Made by a program: the position numbers and the translations under genes. Positions 17,099 to 23,638 of a stretch of 32,612 bases of DNA are shown here, in pieces. Origin of the DNA: an uncultured Planctomycetia bacterium (lineage in GTDB: Bacteria; Omnitrophota; Gorgyraeia; 1-14-0-20-64-10); contig CAYJUA010000001.1 of assembly GCA_964373295.1 (NCBI GenBank), positions 85,600-118,211 of the forward strand, given 5' to 3'. The notes beneath the pieces were generated by a model. The model was not told the origin of the DNA. It did no database searches and saw only the letters and a list, made by a program, of their open reading frames with translations. Each line of letters begins with the position of its first letter. The first letter of the stretch is position 1.

Positions 17099-18218
17099 CA
17101 CGCAGAAGGTCGGGGAAGGATACGACCTCAACGAGTACCCCGCGTACACGTCGTTCATTTACGGTGAGCAGACCTGGGGGCCCCTCTTCTCCCAGGGGGA
17201 CGGCCCGCCAATCCCCTTCACCGACAACAGCGCGGCGGTCTACATCCAGGAGTCCCTGAAGGTCCTCCGAATGGCGCCGGAGGACCTCCGCGGCAAGTCG
17301 GTCCTCAACATTGGTTCCGGGCGTGAAGCGGCGATCTTCCAGAAGCTGGGCGCCGGCCGCGTGACTCATCTGGACATCTCCAAGCGCAGCGTGGAGAACA
17401 CCCAGCGCTATGCCAAGCAGATGGGGATCGCGAACCTCGTCGGTGTACACGCCGACATCCAGACGGCCGATCAGCCGGCCGAGCAGTTTGACCTGATCTT
17501 CCTCGCCGGGATCTACCAGCACATCCACTGCCCGGCCAAGGCGCTGCTAAACCTGGCCCGGATGATGCGGACCGGCGGGAAGATGTACTTGGGCTTCTTC
17601 CGCTCCGGCGAATGGAAGTACTTCATCGTCGACGCGATCCGGCACCTGATCAGCCGGGACCTTTTCGCCGTCACCAAGTCCAAGATCGCCCTCTCCCTGT
17701 CCTTCGGGCAGGGGACCCATTACCAGATGACCCGCACCCTGGACGATCTCTTCGTCCCCTGCCAGCACAAGTTCCATCCCCGGGACGTGATCCATGACGC
17801 CGAGCGCGTCGGCCTCGGGATATTCCACTTCGACAACGACCTGCGGGAGTATGCCCATGAGGGGTCAGGCTATTTCTCGATCGGCGGGGACCGGATCTAC
17901 CTGGTCAAGGAGCGGACCCCCGCCCGCCCGACGGAACTGTCCGAGATGAAGACCGAGCAGGGGCGCCACCAGCTTCGGGACGTGCCGTACCAGGAGGAGA
18001 TCATCCTCTCCAACATCCACCTCATCGAGAAGCTCCGGGCGATGGTGGACCACGGCGTGATCCCCCGGGACGACCTGGCCACGCTGGCCCTCAACCTGTA
18101 CCGGTTCACCCGGCCCTTCGCTCCGGAGCAGGATGAGTACTACCAGCGGAGCATCCGCAACGGGCGGCACCGGACGCTCCACGAGTACCTGACCAACGTG
18201 ATCTCCTACTTCGAGTGA
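17091..18218 (+). CDS. Class I SAM-dependent methyltransferase with a C-terminal extension
   Basis: GTG 17091 overlaps the upstream stop by 8 nt. VLNIGSGRE (motif I), VTHLDIS, FDLIFLAGIYQHI and MRTGGKMYLGFF. Confidence 0.75.
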   Translation: MASTQKVGEGYDLNEYPAYTSFIYGEQTWGPLFSQGDGPPIPFTDNSAAVYIQESLKVLRMAPEDLRGKSVLNIGSGREAAIFQKLGAGRVTHLDISKRSVENTQRYAKQMGIANLVGVHADIQTADQPAEQFDLIFLAGIYQHIHCPAKALLNLARMMRTGGKMYLGFFRSGEWKYFIVDAIRHLISRDLFAVTKSKIALSLSFGQGTHYQMTRTLDDLFVPCQHKFHPRDVIHDAERVGLGIFHFDNDLREYAHEGSGYFSIGGDRIYLVKERTPARPTELSEMKTEQGRHQLRDVPYQEEIILSNIHLIEKLRAMVDHGVIPRDDLATLALNLYRFTRPFAPEQDEYYQRSIRNGRHRTLHEYLTNVISYFE

Positions 18219-18220
18219 CG

Positions 18221-18889
18221 ATGAAAAGCTTCCGGGCCGTTGACGTCGCGGTCATCGTGCTGAACCAGAACCAGGGGGTTTTCCTGGAGCGCTGCATCCG
18301 CAGTTGCCTCGCCCAAACCTTCCCCGGGCGGTTCCACGAGGTGATCGTGGCCGACGCCGGGAGCACCGACTTCTCCCGCGAGGTGATCCACAGCTACGGC
18401 CGGCGGATCCTCCCTCTCACCCTGGACCCCCAGAGCACCCTCGAGGACGCGGCCGCCGCGGGCATCCGCAAGGCGACCAGCGCTCGCTACGTGCTGCTCG
18501 TGCGGGCCCAGGATTTCCTGGCCGACTACACGGTCCTGTTCCAGTGCGTCTGGCTCTTCCAGAACCATGATTTCGAGGGGGTGCGGCCCGACTACTGGCT
18601 GGTGGACCCCGACACCGACGCGAAGCTCCACCGGATCTCGGGGCTGGAGTTCGCCAATCCCTTTGGCGTCATGTTCCGGAAGGAAGTCTTCGTGCGGGAG
18701 GGGCTGTACGAGATCGGCGCCCGCCAGCATCCGCACCTGCTGCAGGCCGAGTGGATGGGCAGGTACCCCCTCGGACACCTCTCGCTCCCGTTCTATCGAT
18801 ATCACCAGGACGCCCGCACCCGGATCCTGGATACCCTTACACCCGGCATCGGGCACTCTGTGCCGCGTAAAGAGCAGGCGAACCCGTGA
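18221..18889 (+). CDS. Short family 2 glycosyltransferase-like protein
   Basis: ATG 18221 (the track starts at GTG 18215). VAVIVLNQNQGVFLERCIRSCLAQTF and EVIVADAGSTD are GT-A N-terminal motifs. The canonical DxD is not obvious (VRAQDF). Confidence 0.7.
   Translation: MKSFRAVDVAVIVLNQNQGVFLERCIRSCLAQTFPGRFHEVIVADAGSTDFSREVIHSYGRRILPLTLDPQSTLEDAAAAGIRKATSARYVLLVRAQDFLADYTVLFQCVWLFQNHDFEGVRPDYWLVDPDTDAKLHRISGLEFANPFGVMFRKEVFVREGLYEIGARQHPHLLQAEWMGRYPLGHLSLPFYRYHQDARTRILDTLTPGIGHSVPRKEQANP
18827..18870 (+). repeat. Possible degenerate copy of the family 1 repeat
   Basis: CCGGCATCGGGCACTCTGTGCCGCGTAA aligns with CCGGTACCGGGCACTGCGGTACGCATAA of copy a (about 20 of 28 by hand). It is read in the same frame (GIGHS versus GTGHC / GTGHS) and again lies at the 3' end of a gene. 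Confidence 0.35.
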
Positions 18890-20028
18890 TCCTGATCATC
18901 GGAGCGGGCAGCATCGGGAAGCGCCATCTCGCCAATCTCGTGGATCTGGGCGCGCGCGAGCTCGCTGTGGTGGACCCCCGCGAGGACCGGCGGCGCGAGG
19001 CGGACGAGCGAGCGCGCTTGACGCTGGAGCAGATCAACCCCGCCCGGCGGGGCGATCCCCTGCGCATCCTGACGTTCGCCTCGACGGAAGAGGCCTACGC
19101 CCGCGCGGGAAACCACTTCCAGCAGGTCGTGATCGCCACCCCGCCACCCTCGCACCCGTCCGAGATCCGGCGCGCCCTTGCCGCCGGAGCGGCGGTCTTC
19201 TGCGAGAAGCCGCTGGCCACCGACGAGGAACCCTGGGAGGAGCTGGCCAGGATCTGCGCCGAAGTGGAGCAGGCCCGCCGGGTCACCCTCGTCGCGTACA
19301 ACTACCGCTTCTCCCCCCAGCTCCTTCAGGTCCGGCGGATGCTGCAGGAAGGGGCTGTGGGCCGCGTCCTTTCGATCCGCGGGACCTTCAGCGAGAACCT
19401 GCGAGAGTGGCATCCCTGGGAGGGGCTGAACTTCTACATGTCCTCTCTGGCGCAGGGCGGGGGGGCCCTGCTGGATGAGAGCCACGCCGTGGATCTCTGC
19501 CGTTGGCTCTTCGGCGAGATCACCGAGGTCATGGGGTACAACGAGGCGGTTTCCAACTTGAAGAGCGAGCCGGTGTTCGAGGCGGACGACCTGGCGGAGA
19601 TCCTGGTCCGCTTCGAGTCGGGCGCGATCGGGTCCCTCCACATGGACCTTTTCGGCCGGCACCATCAGAAACGGCTGGAGGTGATCGGCGAGGAGGGGAC
19701 CCTCTTCTGGCACTTCGACAACACCGACATCGAGTCCAATGGGATCGAGCTCTGGAAAGGCCGCCGGATCCGGATGAGCCCGGAGTTCACCCGGCGCCTG
19801 CCGGAGCAGGTGATCCCCACCGACTGGAGCATCCGCAACGGGATGTACCGGGAGGAGATCCGCTACTTCCTGGAGTCCGCCAAGGCCGGCCGGCACCTGC
19901 GCTCCGATGTGCCCGACCTGCGGGACGCCCTGCGCACCATGGCCGTCCTTCGGGCCGCCCGTCGGGCCGCCCGGTCGCGGCACGCGGAGGCGGTCCAGGA
20001 AACCCTGGCACCCCAGACGGTGAGGTGA
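18886..20028 (+). CDS. Gfo/Idh/MocA-family NAD(P)-dependent oxidoreductase
   Basis: GTG 18886 forms a GTGA overlap. ILIIGAGSIGKRH (Rossmann fold), VFCEKPLA (the family's EKP motif) and VAYNYRF. Confidence 0.85.
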   Translation: MILIIGAGSIGKRHLANLVDLGARELAVVDPREDRRREADERARLTLEQINPARRGDPLRILTFASTEEAYARAGNHFQQVVIATPPPSHPSEIRRALAAGAAVFCEKPLATDEEPWEELARICAEVEQARRVTLVAYNYRFSPQLLQVRRMLQEGAVGRVLSIRGTFSENLREWHPWEGLNFYMSSLAQGGGALLDESHAVDLCRWLFGEITEVMGYNEAVSNLKSEPVFEADDLAEILVRFESGAIGSLHMDLFGRHHQKRLEVIGEEGTLFWHFDNTDIESNGIELWKGRRIRMSPEFTRRLPEQVIPTDWSIRNGMYREEIRYFLESAKAGRHLRSDVPDLRDALRTMAVLRAARRAARSRHAEAVQETLAPQTVR

Positions 20029-20032
20029 AGCG

Positions 20033-20797
20033 ATGACGGGCCCCGAGGTGCTCGCCGTGGTCCAGGCCCGCTCCGGCTCCAGAGGGCTCCCCGGGAAAAA
20101 CATCCGGCCGCTCCTGGGCAAGCCCCTCATGGCCTGGATCATCGAGCACGCCCGGGCCGCGCGGCGGATCACCCGCCTGATCCTCTCCACCGACTCGGAG
20201 GAGTACGCCGAGATCGGCCGGCGATTCGGCGCCGAGACCCCCTTCCTCCGTCCGGCCGAGTTTGCCACGGATGCGGCCACCGATCTGCAGGTCATGACCC
20301 ACGCCCTTCATTGGCTCTCCGAACGGGAGGGGTACCGGCCCGACATCGCCGTGAGGCTCCAACCGACGAACCCGACGTTCCCCGCGGAGTTCATCGATGA
20401 GGGGATCGGGATGCTGTGGGAGGACCCCCAGACGGATTCGGTCCGACCGGTCACGCCGACCCCAAAGCACCCGCACAAGATGTGGCGGATGGATTCCTCC
20501 ACCGGACGCCTCACCCCGCTCCTGGACCCGGCGCCAAGCGGGTTCCCCGAGCCGTACAACATGGGACGCGGCCTCCTCCCGAAAGTCTACGTCCAGGTGG
20601 GGGCCATGGAGGCGGTGCGGGCCCGCGTGGTGCTGGAACAGCTCTCCATGGCGGGGAAAAGAATCCGGGGCCTCCTCGTGGAGGATCCGCTCCTCACCGT
20701 CAACATCGATTCCGAGGGGGACTTCCTCGCGGCCGAGCAGGCGCTGCGGATGCTGGAGGCCAAACCCATGGAGGCAAAACCTCTTGGACTTCCTTGA
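20033..20797 (+). CDS. Acylneuraminate (CMP-nonulosonate) cytidylyltransferase-family protein, copy 1
   Basis: ATG 20033. AVVQARSGSRGLPGKNIRPLLGKPLMAW is the N-terminal NeuA / CMP-sugar synthetase signature. RLQPTNP is also present. Confidence 0.85.
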   Translation: MTGPEVLAVVQARSGSRGLPGKNIRPLLGKPLMAWIIEHARAARRITRLILSTDSEEYAEIGRRFGAETPFLRPAEFATDAATDLQVMTHALHWLSEREGYRPDIAVRLQPTNPTFPAEFIDEGIGMLWEDPQTDSVRPVTPTPKHPHKMWRMDSSTGRLTPLLDPAPSGFPEPYNMGRGLLPKVYVQVGAMEAVRARVVLEQLSMAGKRIRGLLVEDPLLTVNIDSEGDFLAAEQALRMLEAKPMEAKPLGLP

Positions 20798-22778
20798 TCC
20801 CAAAGCGGACCCCCTGGAGGGGATCCTGGACCACCGCGCCCAGGCGATCAAGGTGGGGACCCGCCACATCGGCTCTACGTTCCCCACGTACATCATCGCG
20901 GAGATCGGGATCAACCACAACGGTTCCCTGGAGCGCGCCCAGCGGCTGATCAACGCGGCGGCGGAGGCCGGTTGCGACGCGGTGAAGTTCCAGAAGCGGT
21001 CCCTGGAGGACCTCTACACCCGAGAGGTCCTGGAAAACCCCAATCGGTTCGAGGAGGGGTTCCAGTACTTCATCCCGATCCTCCGGGAGGTCGAGTTCGG
21101 TCGGAAGGAGTACGACGAGCTGGCCCGCCACGCCCGGGCGAAGAACCTCGAGTTCCTCTGCACCGCCTTCGACGAGGCCTCTCTCGAGTTCCTGGAACCG
21201 TACCGCCTGGCGGCCTACAAGGTGGCCTCAGCCGACTTCACCAACTTCCTGCTGCTGCAGAAACTGGTGGAGAAGCGCAAGCCCCTGATCCTCTCCACGG
21301 GGATGGCTTCCCAGGAGGAGCTGGACCGGGTGGTCGGCTTCCTCTTCAAGCGCAGCGTTCAGTACATGCTCCTCCACTGCGTCTCGGTCTACCCCACGCC
21401 GCCGGAGGACGCCCACCTCAACTACATCCAGACGATGCGGGAACGCTACGGGGTGCCGGTGGGGTACTCCGGGCACGAGGTCGGCTTCGAGATCACCCTG
21501 GCGGCCGTGGCATCGGGGGCCTGCCTGGTGGAGCGGCACGTCACGCTGGACCGGAAGATGGAAGGGCCGGATCACACCTCGTCGCTGGAGCCGGAGGAAC
21601 TGCGGGAGATGGTCCGCAGGATCCGGCTGATCGAGCGGGCGCTGGGCAGCCCCGCACGGGTCCTTTCGCGCGGGGTGATCCGCACCCACGAGATCCTTTC
21701 CAAGTCCCTGGTGGCCGCCGTGGAGATCGCCCCGGGAACGCGGATTCGACGGGAGATGGTGACCGCCAAGGGCCCCGGCAAGGGGTTGAGCCCCTTCTAC
21801 CTCCAGGAGCTCCTGGGGAAGACCGCCCGCCGCGCCATCCGCCGCGACGACTACTTCAAGCCCGAGGACCTGGAGGAACACAGCGAGTCGGCGCGGATCC
21901 CCTCGTTCGAAACGGCCTGGGGTTTCAAGGGCCGCTTCCACGACCTGGACAGCTACGTCCGCTACGCCCCGAAGCTCGTGGAGGTGCACCTGAACGACCG
22001 GGACGTGGAGTACCCCTTCGAGCAGCACCACGGGGAAAGTCGATACCCCTTCGCGATCTACCTCCACTGTCCCACCTACTGGTTCCGAAGCGTGCTGAAC
22101 CTCGCCTCCGAGAACGAGCCGGAGCGGCGCGAGCACATCCAGGTGGTCCAGCGGGTCATTGACCTGGCCCGCCGGATCGCTCCCCGCTTCCAGGGGGACC
22201 CCACGGTGATCATCCATCTGGGCGGGATGGACATCGTGGAGATCAAGGAGGCCCAGCGCCTGAAGGAACTCGCCTACGACTCGATGCGCCGGCTGGACTG
22301 GAAGGGGGTGCGCTTCCTCCCGGAGAACATGCCCCCGAGGCCCTGGTACTTCTCCGGTCAGTGGTACGACAACGTCTTTTGTTCCGCGGAGGACATGATC
22401 GAGGTCTGCGGGAAGTTCGGGCTGAAGATCTGCCTGGACCTCTCCCATGCGAAGCTCTACACCAACTCCACCGGAACCGATTACTGGGAGTATCTGGCCA
22501 AGGCCGCCCCGCACGCCGCGCATCTCCATGTGGCCGACGCCTACGGCATCGATGGGGAAGGGGTGCAGATCGGCGAGGGGGAGGTGGATTTCTCCAAGGC
22601 CTTCACCGTCCTGGCGGAAAACGCCGACCTCTCCCAGACCAGCTGGACGCCTGAGATCTGGCAAGGCCACCTGCACCAGAACCAGGGGTTTCTCACCGCC
22701 CTCGAGCGCCTCGCCGTGATCCCTCAGCTTCGGCCACTGTGGGCCGCCTCCTCGGAGCTCAACGGTCATGGGGCTTAG
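20784..22778 (+). CDS. NeuB-family nonulosonate synthase with SAF domain, fused to a xylose-isomerase-like (AP endonuclease 2) TIM-barrel domain
   Basis: The start is probably TTG 20784 (GGAGG about 10 nt upstream); GTG 20853 would cut into the conserved N-terminus. NeuB motifs: YIIAEIGINHNG, CDAVKFQKR, YKVASAD, LILSTGMAS, LLHCVSVYPT, GYSGHEVG, VERHVTLD. SAF-like segment: SLVAAVEIAPGTRIRREMVTAKGPGKGLSP. From about nt 21880, TIM-barrel motifs: VEVHLND, VIIHLGG, FLPENM, LDLSHAKL, HLHVADAYG. Confidence 0.85.
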   Translation: MDFLDPKADPLEGILDHRAQAIKVGTRHIGSTFPTYIIAEIGINHNGSLERAQRLINAAAEAGCDAVKFQKRSLEDLYTREVLENPNRFEEGFQYFIPILREVEFGRKEYDELARHARAKNLEFLCTAFDEASLEFLEPYRLAAYKVASADFTNFLLLQKLVEKRKPLILSTGMASQEELDRVVGFLFKRSVQYMLLHCVSVYPTPPEDAHLNYIQTMRERYGVPVGYSGHEVGFEITLAAVASGACLVERHVTLDRKMEGPDHTSSLEPEELREMVRRIRLIERALGSPARVLSRGVIRTHEILSKSLVAAVEIAPGTRIRREMVTAKGPGKGLSPFYLQELLGKTARRAIRRDDYFKPEDLEEHSESARIPSFETAWGFKGRFHDLDSYVRYAPKLVEVHLNDRDVEYPFEQHHGESRYPFAIYLHCPTYWFRSVLNLASENEPERREHIQVVQRVIDLARRIAPRFQGDPTVIIHLGGMDIVEIKEAQRLKELAYDSMRRLDWKGVRFLPENMPPRPWYFSGQWYDNVFCSAEDMIEVCGKFGLKICLDLSHAKLYTNSTGTDYWEYLAKAAPHAAHLHVADAYGIDGEGVQIGEGEVDFSKAFTVLAENADLSQTSWTPEIWQGHLHQNQGFLTALERLAVIPQLRPLWAASSELNGHGA

Positions 22779-23637
22779 GCGCAAACTCGCCCAGATCCGG
22801 ACCAAGATCCACTTGCGGTTGAAGCTCCCCGGAGAGCCGGTCGCCCTCCTGGACTACCCCCGCAGCCCGGTCCGGATCGGCGTCTCCTCTCCGATCGAGT
22901 ACCACACGCGCCTGCACTCCTGCGAGAAGGAGCCGGAGACGGTCCGCTGGATCGAGCAGGAGATGGCCCGGGGAGACGTCCTGTACGACATCGGAGCCAA
23001 CGTCGGTGTCTATACCCTGGTGGCCGCCGCCTTCTGGGGGGAGCGGATCCGGATCGTCGCCGTGGAGCCGAGCCCCATCAACTTCGCGCGGCTCGTGCGG
23101 AACCTGGCGCTGAACCGATGCGGCGGCCGGGTGATCGCCCTCCCCGTGGCCCTGGCCGACCGCACGGGGCTCGCGCCGTTTCATTGCCAGAATCTGGCGG
23201 CGGGGGGGTCCCTGCACGCTCTGGGGGAGCCCCGCGACCACCGCGGCGAGCCGTTCGCCCCCGTGGCCAGCATCCCCACGCTCAGCTATGACCTCGATAC
23301 CCTGATCGAGCAATTCCACCTGCCGGAGCCGACCCACCTGAAGCTCGACGTGGATGGGACCGAGCTGGCGATCCTCCGCGGCGCCCGGCGCGTCCTGGAC
23401 ACCGCCCGCAGCGTCCTCGTCGAAGTGGACGACCACCGCCCCGACGGCTCCACGATCCAGGCGCTCCTCGAAGAGCACGGCTTCCGCATGAGCGGCCGCT
23501 ACCCCTACCGATACGGCAAGAAGTTTCCCCAGTTCGGCGGCATCTCCAACGTCGTCTTCCAAAAGCAAGAGGCACCCCGATCTTTGCGAACGGTACCGGC
23601 CCCCTCTACCGGTACCGGCCACTCCGGTATCGCATAA
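22768..23637 (+). CDS. FkbM-family SAM methyltransferase
   Basis: ATG 22768. VLYDIGANVGVYTL and HLKLDVDGTELAILRGA are FkbM-family signatures. The last ~15 codons are repeat copy R1-b, whose TAA is the stop codon. Confidence 0.85.
   Translation: MGLRRKLAQIRTKIHLRLKLPGEPVALLDYPRSPVRIGVSSPIEYHTRLHSCEKEPETVRWIEQEMARGDVLYDIGANVGVYTLVAAAFWGERIRIVAVEPSPINFARLVRNLALNRCGGRVIALPVALADRTGLAPFHCQNLAAGGSLHALGEPRDHRGEPFAPVASIPTLSYDLDTLIEQFHLPEPTHLKLDVDGTELAILRGARRVLDTARSVLVEVDDHRPDGSTIQALLEEHGFRMSGRYPYRYGKKFPQFGGISNVVFQKQEAPRSLRTVPAPSTGTGHSGIA
23591..23637 (+). repeat. GGTACC-rich palindromic repeat, family 1, copy b
   Basis: CGGTACCGGCCCCCTCTACCGGTACCGGCCACTCCGGTATCGCATAA. It carries three CGGTAYCG modules; the self-complementary CCGGTACCGG copies can pair with one another. 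It ends 1 nt before the next gene's GTG start. Confidence 0.9.
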
Positions 23638-23638
23638 C

